Of a stretch of 64,000 nt of DNA, positions 32,008 to 42,813 are shown one piece after another. Every line of letters begins with the position of its first letter. The first letter of the stretch is position 1. The translations under genes and the position numbers were made by a program. The notes under the pieces were generated by a model that was given only the letters and a program-made list of their open reading frames with translations, was not told the DNA's origin and did not search any database. Source of the DNA: Moraxella sp. (GTDB lineage: Bacteria; Pseudomonadota; Gammaproteobacteria; Pseudomonadales; Moraxellaceae); contig JBGXSA010000021.1 of NCBI GenBank assembly GCA_041811915.1, positions 2,656 through 66,655 of the forward strand. Reading direction: 5' to 3'.

Positions 32008-33489
32008 ATGAGTCGTGAAATTTTAACAGTTGCCGAGACGGTCAGTAACGAAAAAGGGCTAAACCCTGAAGATGTGTTTACCGCCATTGAGCAAGCACTT
32101 GTCGTCACCACCAAAAAAACAGTGTACACCGAACAGCCTGAGGTTGCCATTCGTGTTGCCATTGACCGCAAAACAGGCAATTATGACACTTATCGCTATT
32201 GGACAGTGGTGGCTGACGAAGACCATGAAATGCCCGCCTGCCAACTTGCCATCAGTGATTTGGATCCAAATGAACATCAAATCGGTGATGTTGTTGAAGA
32301 GCAAATTGAGTCCATCAAGTTTGGGCGCGTTGCCGCCAACCAAGCCAAACAAGTAATCATTCAAAAAATTCGCGAGGCTGAGCGCGCACTTGTGGCGGAT
32401 GCTTTTGAGGCAAAAGTGGGTGAAATGGTGTATGGCGAGGTCAAAAAAATAAGTCGTGACGGCTATGTCATTGATTTGGGTGACAATGCCGAAGGCTATC
32501 TGCCCAAAGATCAGGCGCTACCCAAAGAACAGCTGCGCCCAAAAAGCCGCGTTAGTGCCATTTTATCAGAAGTGAACCGAGATGGTCGTGGCAATCAGTT
32601 GTTGTTGTCACGCACCCACCCCGCCATGCTCATTGCGCTCATGCAAAAAGAAGTGCCCGAGATTCATGAAGGCATCATTGAAATCAAAGATGTGGCACGT
32701 CTGCCTGGCTTGCGCGCCAAGATTTCTGTCAAAACCAACGACCATCGCATTGACCCTGTGGGCGCTTGCATTGGTATGCGTGGCACGCGCATTCAAGCTG
32801 TACAAGAAGAGCTGGAGGGCGAGCGCGTAGATGTTGTGGTGTGGAACGACGACCCCGCGCAATACATCATCAGCGCACTTGAGCCTGCCGATGTGGCAAG
32901 CTTGGTGTTGGATGAAGACGCACGAACAGCAGACATTATTTTTGCTGCCAACGACCAATTGGCGCGTGCCATCGGCGCTGCTGGGCAAAATGTGCGCTTG
33001 GCATCGGAACTCACAGGCTACAAGCTTAATATGATGCTGGAGTCTGAATATCTTGAACGTCAAGAAAACGAAACCCAAGCTTATATTGAGCTGTTTTATG
33101 ACCGCTTGGAAGTGGACAAAGACTTGGCAGAGGCTTTGGTTCAAGTAGGCTTTACCAGTATTGAAGAGGTCGCTTATGTGCCAATGGACGCCTTTGACGA
33201 GATTGAGGGCTTGGATGAAGATGCCATCAAGCTTATCCAAGCACGCGCCAAAGAAGTGGTCATCAGCGATGAGCTTGCCAAACAACAAAACCTAAAAGAG
33301 CCAAGCGCAGAGCTGTTGGCGCTTGATGAGATGACCACCGCCATTGCCTACAAACTGGCAGAGCGCGACATCATCACAGTGGATGATTTGGCAGAGCAAG
33401 CCATTTTTGATATTGAAGACATTGAGGGTGTTGGCAATGAACTTGCTGGCAGACTGATTATGAATGCGCGTAAATCTTGGTTTGAATGA
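32008..33489 (+). CDS. nusA: transcription termination/antitermination factor NusA
   Basis: MSREIL; FGRVAANQAKQVIIQK; DPVGACIGMRG; GQNVRLAS. Confidence 0.99.
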   Translation: MSREILTVAETVSNEKGLNPEDVFTAIEQALVVTTKKTVYTEQPEVAIRVAIDRKTGNYDTYRYWTVVADEDHEMPACQLAISDLDPNEHQIGDVVEEQIESIKFGRVAANQAKQVIIQKIREAERALVADAFEAKVGEMVYGEVKKISRDGYVIDLGDNAEGYLPKDQALPKEQLRPKSRVSAILSEVNRDGRGNQLLLSRTHPAMLIALMQKEVPEIHEGIIEIKDVARLPGLRAKISVKTNDHRIDPVGACIGMRGTRIQAVQEELEGERVDVVVWNDDPAQYIISALEPADVASLVLDEDARTADIIFAANDQLARAIGAAGQNVRLASELTGYKLNMMLESEYLERQENETQAYIELFYDRLEVDKDLAEALVQVGFTSIEEVAYVPMDAFDEIEGLDEDAIKLIQARAKEVVISDELAKQQNLKEPSAELLALDEMTTAIAYKLAERDIITVDDLAEQAIFDIEDIEGVGNELAGRLIMNARKSWFE

Positions 33490-33668
33490 TTTAAATCAGG
33501 ATTTTGCGATGTCTACAATAATGGTAACAATCCTCCGAGCGCTCAATCGGACAAACACACACAGTTGCGGCGTATTATCATGAATACGCCCTGATATTTT
33601 GCCAAGCTTTAGGTTTGGCAGTGAATTTTGCAAGGCAGACTCTGCCTTTGCCAACAATAGGTGATATA

Positions 33669-36422
33669 ATGACTGACAAAACCGTAAAAGACTTAGCAAA
33701 AATCTCAAACAAAGACGTAAGTTTATTGCAAAAACAATTGCAAGAAGCTGGCATGCCAAATCGCGGTGAAAATGATTTGGTCAGCGAAGCTGAACAAGAA
33801 AAACTGTTGGCTTATCTTCAAAAAAGTCACGGTCAAACCCAAAAAAGCCGCATCAGCCTCAAAGCCAAAACCGCAACCACCGCACAAGTAACCAGCACCT
33901 CTGGCAAAGCCAAAACTGTAAACGTCATCAAAGCCAAGAAAAAAACCTTTGAAAAACCAAACGCAGAAAAAATCGCTGAAGAAATCGCCTCTCAAGCTGA
34001 AATGGCACGCCTAGAAGCGCAAAAAAAGCAAGAAGAAGCGATTGCCAAGGCACAAGCCAAAAAAGCCTCCGAAGAACGCCAAGCAGCAGCTCTAGCAGCC
34101 ATGCGCGCTGAGTCCGCTCCAGCCAAAACCGCTGACGACTCACAAACTGCCAGCGTTGTTGTCAAAAAAATCAAAAAAGACGATGAGCAAAAAAATTCGC
34201 AAAACGCCAAAGACAACACCAAAGACACCAAAAAATCCAAAAAAGCAGACAATAAACCTGTCAAAAAAGAGTCCGAAGAAGAGCGTAAGGCTCGCCTAGC
34301 GCGCGAACAAGAAGAAGAGCGTTTGCGCCAAATTGAAAGTGAAAACCGCAAAAAAGCCGCCGAAGAGGCACAAAAGCGCACGCTTGAACAGATGAAACAA
34401 ATGGCATCTCGCTACAGCACAGACAGCAGCGAAGAGGCTGTCATTGTGCGCCGCGATGAACCTTTGGCAAAAGGTTTGGTGGGTGCAGCGCTTGAAGAGT
34501 CCTTTGAAAAAGAGCGCCGCGAAATCAAACGCGGTGGCAGCACCACAACCGCCACCAAAACAAACAAAAAAGGCCGCAAAAATCAAGAAGAACGTGAAAT
34601 CAAAACACGCTCAAAAGCCTTGAAATCCTCTCAATCTGGCAAACATAAATTTGAAATGCCTGTTGAAAAAATCATTTATGATGTTGAGCTTGGTGAGCAC
34701 ATTGTGGTGTCTGATTTGGCACAAAAAATGGCAGTCAAAGTACGCGAAGTCATTAAGATTTTAATGAAAATGGGCGAAATGGTGCGCGAATCAGACACCA
34801 TTGACCAAACAACTGCAAGCCTTGTGGTTGAAGAACTTGGACACAACATCATTTTGGTATCCGACACCAAACTGGAAGACGACCTACAAATCGCGGTGGA
34901 TGAAAAATCTGGCAACGTCCAGACTCGCCCACCCGTCGTTACCATCATGGGTCATGTTGACCATGGTAAAACTTCTTTGTTGGATAAAATTCGTGAAACC
35001 AAAGTGGCAAGCGGTGAAGCTGGTGGCATTACCCAGCACATCGGCGCCTATCACGTCACCACCGATCGCGGCGTCATCACCTTTTTGGACACCCCAGGTC
35101 ACGCCGCCTTTACCGCGATGCGCTCTCGTGGCGCGCAAGCCACAGACATCGTTGTGCTTGTGGTTGCTGCAGATGATGGCATGATGCCACAAACCGAAGA
35201 GGCGATTGATCATGCGCGCGCAGCAGGTGTACCGCTCATTGTCGCCATTAACAAAATGGACAAAGACAGCGCAGATCCTGATCGCGTCTTGAATGAATTG
35301 ACCGTCAAAGAAGTGGTGTCCGAGGCTTGGGGCGGTGATACACCCGTTGCCAAAGTGTCCGCCAAAACAGGCGCAGGCATTGATGAGCTTTTGGAACTTA
35401 TCAGCATCCAAGCGGAACTTATGGAGCTGCAAGCACCGATTGATGGCGCAGCACAAGGGGTTGTCATTGAATCGCGCCTAGATAAAGGCCGTGGCGTTGT
35501 CGCAAGTTTGTTGGTCAAAAAAGGCACATTAAACCAAGGCGATTTGGTGCTTGCTGGCGAATATTATGGCAAGGTGCGCGCCATGAACGACGAAAATGGT
35601 AATCGCATCAAGCACGCAGGCCCATCCATTCCTGTGGAAATATTGGGTCTGCCTGAAGCGCCCATGGCAGGCAGCGAGTTTTTGGTGGTGTCCGATGAGA
35701 AAAAAGCGCGCGAAGTGGCAGATTTTCGTGCCACGCGTGAGCGCAATCGCATCATTGAGCGCCAAAACAAAATGCGCTTAGAAACCATGTTTGAACAAAT
35801 GGGCTCTGAGGTTGCTATTTTAAATATCATTCTAAAAACCGATGTGCGCGGTTCGCTTGAGGCGCTCTTGGGTGCGCTTGATGAGCTATCCACAGACGAG
35901 GTCAAAGTACGCGTCATCAGCTCAGGAGTGGGTGCCATCACAGAGTCTGATGTGATTTTGGCAGAATCCAGTGAGGCGGTTTTGCTTGGTTTTAACGTAC
36001 GCGCCGACACGCAAGGCAAGCGCAAAGCCGATGAAGCAGGTATAGACATTCGCTATTATAGTGTGATTTATGGTCTGATAGATGATGTCAAGGCTGCCAT
36101 GAGTGGCATGTTGGCGCCAGAGCACCGCGAACAAATCTTGGGCATTGCCGAGGTGCGCGAAGTATTCCGCTCAAGTAAGTTTGGTGCGGCGGCAGGCTGT
36201 ATGGTACAAGAAGGCGTCATTCATCGCAACAAGCCCATCCGTGTCTTGCGTGATGACAAAGTCATCTTTACAGGTCAATTGCAATCTTTGCGCCGCTACA
36301 AAGATGACGTCAATGAAGTCAAAGCAGGCATGGAGTGCGGCCTGGCAGTCAAAGGATATGAAGTGGCTGTGGGCGACAAGATTGAAGTGTTTGAAATTCA
36401 TGAAGTCAAGCGCGAATTGTAA
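33669..36422 (+). CDS. infB: translation initiation factor IF-2
   Basis: [20 protein letters not shown]; AGMECG; start set at MTDKTV after an AGGTG RBS. Confidence 0.99.
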   Translation: MTDKTVKDLAKISNKDVSLLQKQLQEAGMPNRGENDLVSEAEQEKLLAYLQKSHGQTQKSRISLKAKTATTAQVTSTSGKAKTVNVIKAKKKTFEKPNAEKIAEEIASQAEMARLEAQKKQEEAIAKAQAKKASEERQAAALAAMRAESAPAKTADDSQTASVVVKKIKKDDEQKNSQNAKDNTKDTKKSKKADNKPVKKESEEERKARLAREQEEERLRQIESENRKKAAEEAQKRTLEQMKQMASRYSTDSSEEAVIVRRDEPLAKGLVGAALEESFEKERREIKRGGSTTTATKTNKKGRKNQEEREIKTRSKALKSSQSGKHKFEMPVEKIIYDVELGEHIVVSDLAQKMAVKVREVIKILMKMGEMVRESDTIDQTTASLVVEELGHNIILVSDTKLEDDLQIAVDEKSGNVQTRPPVVTIMGHVDHGKTSLLDKIRETKVASGEAGGITQHIGAYHVTTDRGVITFLDTPGHAAFTAMRSRGAQATDIVVLVVAADDGMMPQTEEAIDHARAAGVPLIVAINKMDKDSADPDRVLNELTVKEVVSEAWGGDTPVAKVSAKTGAGIDELLELISIQAELMELQAPIDGAAQGVVIESRLDKGRGVVASLLVKKGTLNQGDLVLAGEYYGKVRAMNDENGNRIKHAGPSIPVEILGLPEAPMAGSEFLVVSDEKKAREVADFRATRERNRIIERQNKMRLETMFEQMGSEVAILNIILKTDVRGSLEALLGALDELSTDEVKVRVISSGVGAITESDVILAESSEAVLLGFNVRADTQGKRKADEAGIDIRYYSVIYGLIDDVKAAMSGMLAPEHREQILGIAEVREVFRSSKFGAAAGCMVQEGVIHRNKPIRVLRDDKVIFTGQLQSLRRYKDDVNEVKAGMECGLAVKGYEVAVGDKIEVFEIHEVKREL

Positions 36423-36429
36423 TCCGCCA

Positions 36430-36457
36430 AAAAAATTCCCCAAATGGGGAATTTTTT
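36430..36457 (+). terminator. intrinsic terminator after infB
   Basis: AAAAAATTCCCC-AAAT-GGGGAATTTTTT. Confidence 0.9.
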
Positions 36458-36852
36458 ATTGCTGTGACTTTAAAACACTTATAAGCTTCTTTGGCGTATA
36501 ATCAGGGCGTACCAACATTACATACACCCCAATATATACCCTAATAAAATGTTGGATTGATTCTTGACCAACCAAAATTTATCTTTTGTTTCGCCTCTGT
36601 TTTTATGGATAAGCTTATTTTATTGATAAGCTTATCATAGGATTATTTATCAAAATATTGTTAGCTGTCAATACAGTTTGCTGGTTAATACCATCACAGC
36701 CGTATCATAGTTACTATCGCAGCCACTATCACAGTCCCTTTAATTTTTAAAGGCAATTTCCCAAAAGATTGAAGTTATAAAAAATGACTAATTAAAGCAA
36801 TGATTAGCAATATTTTCACCTAAATTGACAAATCCACATCCTTTAATACACC

Positions 36853-37281
36853 CTAGCCTTGCTTTTGGCATTCTGGGCTGTCGCACACGCCGTACAGCAC
36901 CAAAGAATGTCCCGACAGCTTAAAGCCGTATTTTTCTGCCACCGCATATTGCTCTTGTTCAATCGTGTCATTATGAAATTCAATAATTTTGCCGCAGATG
37001 TCACACACCAAATGGTCGTGATGCTCGTCTTGCACAATTTCAAACACCGATAAATTATTCTCAAAATTATGGCGCTCAACAATACCCGCTTGCTCAAACT
37101 GAGTTAAAACACGATAAACAGTAGCAAGTCCAACATCCTCACCCTGCTCACTCAACGCGCGATACACATCCTCGGCGCTCATGTGATGGTTTTCGGCGTG
37201 CTCTAGCAACTCTAATATCTTAATGCGTGGTAAAGTAACTTTAAGTCCTGCTTTGCGCAAATCTTGATTGGTAAATGCCAT
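36853..37281 (-). CDS. fur: ferric uptake regulator
   Basis: LRKAGLKVTLPRIKIL, GLATVYRVL and HHDHLVCDICG; divergent from bamE. Confidence 0.97.
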   Translation of the reverse strand: MAFTNQDLRKAGLKVTLPRIKILELLEHAENHHMSAEDVYRALSEQGEDVGLATVYRVLTQFEQAGIVERHNFENNLSVFEIVQDEHHDHLVCDICGKIIEFHNDTIEQEQYAVAEKYGFKLSGHSLVLYGVCDSPECQKQG

Positions 37282-37453
37282 ATTGTTTATTATCCCAATT
37301 ATTTTTTTATAATTTATCACGAAATTATGCAAAATGCACGCCAAACACCAAAAAATTTTTAAAACTCATCAATTTTTTAAATTTAATGCTTGCAACTTGA
37401 CAAGCTTGTGTTTAGTATAATGGGTTTTAATTTTTTTGATTTTTGGAGCAATT

Positions 37454-37825
37454 ATGACACGTCCTGCTTTGCGCACTTTACTTGCCCCTGCTTTGATGGC
37501 GGCAATTCTGACTTTGTCAGGCTGCCAATGGTTTGGTGTGTACACCATTGACTTACCACAAGGCACGCCCATCACCCAAGCCACCGCCAGCAAAGTGCAA
37601 GTTGGCATGACCACCGAACAGGTGTTGTACATTTTGGGCAGCCCTGCGCTTCGTGATACGCTTGCGCCCAATCGCTGGGATTATATTTATGATTACAAAG
37701 CAGGTACCGATGGGCGCCGCGCTGGTAAGCCAGACATTCGCGACGCCAGCCAATATTTATCCATTTATTTTGATAACATGGGGCGTGTGGCGCGCATAGA
37801 TGGTATCGCAACCCTACCCAAATAA
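37454..37825 (+). CDS. bamE: outer membrane protein assembly factor BamE (SmpA/OmlA)
   Basis: Lipobox LSGC; QG..GMTTEQVLYILGSP..RWDY. Confidence 0.92.
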   Translation: MTRPALRTLLAPALMAAILTLSGCQWFGVYTIDLPQGTPITQATASKVQVGMTTEQVLYILGSPALRDTLAPNRWDYIYDYKAGTDGRRAGKPDIRDASQYLSIYFDNMGRVARIDGIATLPK

Positions 37826-37840
37826 CTTACCCAAATACAA

Positions 37841-38206
37841 TCACGCCTTTGTAGCTTTGGGCTGTGATGCCAAACGTGCTTGCTGTTTTTTCTTGGCAAG
37901 CACTTTTTGTTTGCGATTGGTGATGGCGTCATGACTTAATGGGCGATACAGCTCCACACGGTCTTTGTCTTGAAGCTGCGCCTTTAAAAGACATTTTTTG
38001 GAAAAAATACCGACATACCAAGCTTTTGGATTGATGCTACAGTCATTACAATGCGCCTCAATCCAATGTTTGAGTTGGGCAAATTGCGCTTGGTTTAGCC
38101 AATTGGTTTGACAAATGGCATCATACACGCTCATGTTGTCATCATACGGCAACGACTGGCAAAACACCTGCCCATCATCGTGCACATACAACACCTGAAC
38201 ACTCAC
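37841..38206 (-). CDS. rnfH: RnfH/RatB ubiquitin-like family protein
   Basis: VGIFSK..LQDKDRVELYRPL; conserved position convergent on bamE. Confidence 0.8.
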   Translation of the reverse strand: MSVQVLYVHDDGQVFCQSLPYDDNMSVYDAICQTNWLNQAQFAQLKHWIEAHCNDCSINPKAWYVGIFSKKCLLKAQLQDKDRVELYRPLSHDAITNRKQKVLAKKKQQARLASQPKATKA

Positions 38207-39255
38207 GACACTCTACTCAGCAAAAAACCAAGTAATCCTGTGATGATGGCAAGCGGTACAGCAATGCGCATGGCAACGCGCCAAAGATTGTAACGCAGTT
38301 CACTGCCAAAATTAAACGACTTTCTAAGATGGCTGATTTTCATCATCCACCCTGAAAAAATCGCCAAGACAAGTCCTGCCAATAAGCCCACCACAACCAG
38401 CAAATACATCAAAACAGAGGCAGGCACAAGCGCAAGTGCAAGCGCCAAAACAATGGTGATGATGATTGCTTTGGTCACACCAAAACGCGCCGTCAATTGG
38501 CTTGAAGCATAATGCAGCAAAAAGCTTGCCAAAACAAAACCGCCCACCCCATAACTCAACAAAGCTGGCAAAGATGCTTGAGCGCTAACCATCGCAAAGC
38601 CCAAAAAGCCAAACAACAACTGCGCAAGCCAAACAAGCAGTACAGGACGCGTCAAATGACTGTTTTGATAATCTTGAGCAGCAAACCAGTACAAACCTGT
38701 ACCCACTCCAACACTAATAAGCGCCATCACCACCGCAACACCCCATTCACCAAAACTGGTTTGGGTCATTTGCACTGTAAAATTTGGCGTACCGATGAGC
38801 GTTAAGATAACGCCAATGAGCGCAAGAATCACACCAAAGGGCAACAAGCGCGATTTTAGTAAACTGACAATAAGCGCTCCAATCATGAGCGCGCCGCTGA
38901 CTGCACTGGCATGAATATTGAGATTTAAAGTTGCCACCGCCTCACCCAGCACCGCAATCAATCGCGCTGCAAGCAATATCGCCAATACAATTGATAGTCC
39001 TGCAAAGCTTCGCCACATCACCCCCACATCCGACTGACGCGTCAGCACTTGTATGCCTGCAAAAGGTGCGGATTGACTGCGTTTTGCCAATGCAAATTCT
39101 GCAAACAACATGGGCAAGCCAACAACGACCATGGCGACCAGCCACAACAGCCACAAATCAATCTCTATAACCCCTTTGGGCACAAACCACGCAAACGCAA
39201 ACAAAGGAAATGCCGCAGCAATAAAAAAAGGTGTGAAACGAGACAATGCACCCAT
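38203..39255 (-). CDS. multi-pass inner membrane protein, distantly resembling sodium-dependent (NSS/SNF) transporters
   Basis: About 11 hydrophobic segments; GLPMLFAEFALAKR resembles the NSS GxP..E..G motif. Confidence 0.55.
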   Translation of the reverse strand: MGALSRFTPFFIAAAFPLFAFAWFVPKGVIEIDLWLLWLVAMVVVGLPMLFAEFALAKRSQSAPFAGIQVLTRQSDVGVMWRSFAGLSIVLAILLAARLIAVLGEAVATLNLNIHASAVSGALMIGALIVSLLKSRLLPFGVILALIGVILTLIGTPNFTVQMTQTSFGEWGVAVVMALISVGVGTGLYWFAAQDYQNSHLTRPVLLVWLAQLLFGFLGFAMVSAQASLPALLSYGVGGFVLASFLLHYASSQLTARFGVTKAIIITIVLALALALVPASVLMYLLVVVGLLAGLVLAIFSGWMMKISHLRKSFNFGSELRYNLWRVAMRIAVPLAIITGLLGFLLSRVS

Positions 39256-39496
39256 AATCAACCTGCTTATCGTTAAAAATGAATTATTATAGCACAGATG
39301 ACAACAAAGCCTCAAAAGCAATCGCCGCAAAAATTAACGGCACTCACGCACTCAAAAAAAGCCCAATTTTTACAATTGAGCTTTTGAATGACTGTGATGA
39401 TGTGTCTGTAAGCATAATCAATGCGATATTGTTAAAATTGATAATCAATAAACAACATTTAACAAACCGCGCTGCATCGGCAAACTTACAGTCAAA

Positions 39497-40174
39497 TCAG
39501 TGTACCGCGCTTAGATATTCAGACAAAATGCGAATGTCTTTATCGGTCAAATTGGCAGCGACAACTTGCATCATGCCTTTTTCGTCTTTTTTGGCAGAAT
39601 CATTGGTACGCACTTGCTCTGCCATCAAGCCCTCATCGCCACGACCTGCTGCGCGGAATAATTTGAGCTGTGTGCTGATGTACAATGAGTGTTGTCCACC
39701 AAGTCTAGGAAATGCAGCCCACGCGTTGCCAGCAGCTTTTGGACCGTGACAGCCAGCGCAAGGAATGACACCACGGCTTTTATCACCGCCCAAATACAGC
39801 TTGGTTGCTTCTTCTGCGGTGGCAGGATTACCATAACCCACACCCCAAGGCGTTTGCGAAGCATAATAACCCGCGACATTCGCCAAGTCTTGTTGCGTGA
39901 GACCTTGCAGCTGTGCTTTCATGATACCGTTATTACGCGCGCCTGTTTTAAAATCAACCAACTGCTTGTACAGATACTTGATGTTTTGACCTGCTAAATT
40001 AGGCTGAGCAGGTGCAACGCTGACACCTGTTGCGCCGTGGCACGCCGCACAGTTGGCATCAACAATCTTTTTACCTTCTTCAATATTATAGCTTGGCACC
40101 GTTGGTGCGGCATGACTCATGCTTGCTAAACCAAAAAGCACGCCGCTGAATAAAATTTTATTGGCTGTCTTCAT
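39497..40174 (-). CDS. diheme cytochrome c4
   Basis: Signal peptide; CAACH and CAGCH; PNLAGQ / PRLGGQ. Confidence 0.92.
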   Translation of the reverse strand: MKTANKILFSGVLFGLASMSHAAPTVPSYNIEEGKKIVDANCAACHGATGVSVAPAQPNLAGQNIKYLYKQLVDFKTGARNNGIMKAQLQGLTQQDLANVAGYYASQTPWGVGYGNPATAEEATKLYLGGDKSRGVIPCAGCHGPKAAGNAWAAFPRLGGQHSLYISTQLKLFRAAGRGDEGLMAEQVRTNDSAKKDEKGMMQVVAANLTDKDIRILSEYLSAVH

Positions 40175-40405
40175 AACAATTTCCTACTAACTTAAGATTA
40201 AGTCATGGGTTTTGTAAAATATTTACTTATTATAGCAAGATTTCTAAACATTTTCCCAATAAAAATGTGGTTTTCGTCATAAAATTTAAAAAAAATTAAA
40301 AACCACATCAAAAACAATGGATTAGAATCATCATTTTTACTTTTGGCAAGCCAAAAATGCGCGCAATCGCCGATTTATCAGCCAAGCGCGCATGACATTT
40401 TATAA

Positions 40406-40702
40406 TTATTTGGACATATAATCAATCAGCTGGCGAAACTCTTCATCGCTACAGCTTTGACACAAGCCTTTGGCGGGCATTTGTGGCATACCGTTTTTGG
40501 TGGATTTTACCAAGCCATCCATGCCTTTTTGCGCTTTTAGTTTTTGCCAAGTGGCGCCATCGCCTTTTTTGGGTGCATTAAACTCGCCTGTGTCATGACA
40601 AGTAGCACAGCTTTTGCTGTAAGTGGCGGCAACATCGGCATGACCCACCTGCGTCAAGCATAATAAGCTTAGCGTAAAAATGGCGTATCGTTTTTTCATC
40701 AT
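40406..40702 (-). CDS. monoheme cytochrome c5-like protein
   Basis: Signal peptide; CATCH; MPAKGLCQSC. Confidence 0.88.
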   Translation of the reverse strand: MMKKRYAIFTLSLLCLTQVGHADVAATYSKSCATCHDTGEFNAPKKGDGATWQKLKAQKGMDGLVKSTKNGMPQMPAKGLCQSCSDEEFRQLIDYMSK

Positions 40703-41143
40703 CTGCGTCTTGTATAACCTGTGTTTTGTTATAAAATGATTTTTGACAGTAAATAATTTTGACAGTCGTGTCGTCATCATTCGCCGCGATAATCACATTG
40801 GCGCTTGTGTGCGATGATTATCGGCTTGAATTTATAGACATTATGGCGCTTTTATGTCAAATTGCAAGAAATATTTTGTAACAAACTGATTATGCTGTGT
40901 CGTTGTTTATTTGTCATTTAAAGTGCATTGATGTTTTTAAAGTGCATTGATGTTTTAACACGCCCTAATGTTTCGCATTTTTCGCGTCATTTGTTGTATC
41001 TTTTGTTGCATCTTTTGTTGTAATCTTTGGCGATGATTGAGTGCTTTGTGATACAATAAGCACTTTTAGGCAACCTGCCTTAAATCAATTATTCAAAAAC
41101 CAATTATTCAAACCCATCTTTTAACCAATCATTTTAGAAAATC

Positions 41144-41842
41144 ATGACACACTCAGCAGCCGATTCATATCTCAAAAAAATCCGCCAAACCGCCTTTATG
41201 CTCTCGGCGCCCACATTTCGGCTATGCCCCGAAGACATAGGGCTTGAGATTGCATTCGCTGGTCGCTCCAATGCAGGCAAATCCTCCGCCATCAACACCA
41301 TCACCCACCAAAAACAGCTGGCGCGCTCATCCAAAACTCCTGGACGCACGCAGATGATTAACTTTTTTAGTGTGTCAGACGACTCGCGTAGGCTTGTGGA
41401 TTTGCCTGGCTATGGCTATGCGGCGGTGCCTGAGGCGATGAAAATCAAGTGGCAAAAAGAGCTGGAGGAATATCTGGTCTCTCGCCAAAGTCTAGTGGGA
41501 CTTGTGCTGCTGACCGACATTCGCCATCCTTTAAAGTATTTTGATGAGCAAATGCTACATTGGGCAAAAGATGGCGAGCTGCCTGTTCATGTGCTACTGA
41601 CCAAAGCCGACAAATTAAAACGTGGAGCCGCCAAAACCACCCTACTTGAAACCAAACGAACTTTGGATAAATTAAATCTGCCGTTTAGTATTCAGCTGTT
41701 TTCTGCTTTGGATAAAGTGGGCGTGGATGAATTGGCAATGGTGATGGGTAATTGGCTGCAATTAGATGAATGCACCAAAACCGATTTAAATGATAAATCA
41801 GATGACGACTGTTTTGATAATACAAATACCACCGCATTTTAA
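41144..41842 (+). CDS. yihA: ribosome biogenesis GTPase YihA/YsxC
   Basis: [22 protein letters not shown] and TKADK. Confidence 0.97.
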   Translation: MTHSAADSYLKKIRQTAFMLSAPTFRLCPEDIGLEIAFAGRSNAGKSSAINTITHQKQLARSSKTPGRTQMINFFSVSDDSRRLVDLPGYGYAAVPEAMKIKWQKELEEYLVSRQSLVGLVLLTDIRHPLKYFDEQMLHWAKDGELPVHVLLTKADKLKRGAAKTTLLETKRTLDKLNLPFSIQLFSALDKVGVDELAMVMGNWLQLDECTKTDLNDKSDDDCFDNTNTTAF

Positions 41843-41901
41843 TAATGTTGATTTAAATCATCATTATTAAATACATAATACAAATTTATAAAAAAATACT
41901 T

Positions 41902-42744
41902 ATGACAACGTTTGGACAATTATTTATCGTAGCCACACCGATTGGCAATCTGGGTGATATGACTCATCGCGCCATTGATATCTTAAAATCGGTGGATTTA
42001 ATTGCTTGTGAGGACACTCGTACTTCAGGCAAATTATTAAGTCATTTTAATATTCAAACCAAAACTTTGGCATATCACGACCACAATGCCGATATAAAAA
42101 CCGATAAATTGATGGAGATTTTAGAATCAGGTCAATCCATCGCTCTAATTTCAGATGCAGGTACACCCTTGATTAGCGACCCTGGCTTTAGAATTGTCAA
42201 GGCGTGTCATGACAATGCCATCAAGGTTGTGCCGATTGTGGGGGCGTGTGCGGCGATGGGAGCGTTGTCGGTGGCGGGTTTGCCGTCAGATAAATTTTTG
42301 TTTTGTGGGTTTTTGCCTGCCAAAGCAGCCGCGCGCCAAAATGAATTGAATCATCTTAAAGACACTACGGCGACATTGATTTTTTATGAAGCACCGCACC
42401 GCATTTTGGATACACTGGAAGATATGTGCCAAATTTTTGGTAAAAATCGCCAAATTACCTTATGCCGAGAGCTGACCAAAACTTTTGAAACGGTCAAATT
42501 AACCACGCTTGGTGATTTATTAGACTTTGTCAAAAATGATGGCAACCAGCAAAAAGGTGAAATTGTATTGGTGGTGGCGGGTAATACACAGATTGATGAT
42601 AATATTACCAAGCATGATGAATTATTAAAGCGTTTATTGCAAGATTTGCCCATCAAAAAAGCAGCCGCTTTGGCAAGTGATTTAACGGGCGTTAAAAAAA
42701 ATGCGTTGTATGATAGAGCATTGGAATTAAAAGGTGAGTCATAA
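41902..42744 (+). CDS. rsmI: 16S rRNA (cytidine1402-2'-O)-methyltransferase
   Basis: VATPIGNLGD, ACEDTR, SDAGTPLISDPG, YEAPHR and RELTK. Confidence 0.97.
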   Translation: MTTFGQLFIVATPIGNLGDMTHRAIDILKSVDLIACEDTRTSGKLLSHFNIQTKTLAYHDHNADIKTDKLMEILESGQSIALISDAGTPLISDPGFRIVKACHDNAIKVVPIVGACAAMGALSVAGLPSDKFLFCGFLPAKAAARQNELNHLKDTTATLIFYEAPHRILDTLEDMCQIFGKNRQITLCRELTKTFETVKLTTLGDLLDFVKNDGNQQKGEIVLVVAGNTQIDDNITKHDELLKRLLQDLPIKKAAALASDLTGVKKNALYDRALELKGES

Positions 42745-42813
42745 TTTGGGGTTTTTGGCTCTTGATGGATAATATGATAGTTATTAGAATGATTTTTGGA
42801 TAGATTTAATCTT

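Noticed and set aside
32608-35456. Long minus-strand ORFs 32608-33288 (226 aa) and 34884-35456 (190 aa)
   Set aside because: Antisense to nusA and infB; typical codon-bias shadows.
36660-36760. Minus-strand frame reading DCDSGCDSNYD (RiPP-like look)
   Set aside because: An in-frame TAA lies just upstream and there is no start before the motif; it is a by-product of the 12-bp repeats.
40991-41027. ATCTTTTGTTG repeats resembling oriC DUE 13-mers
   Set aside because: No DnaA boxes (TTATCCACA) nearby and the gene context is not origin-like.
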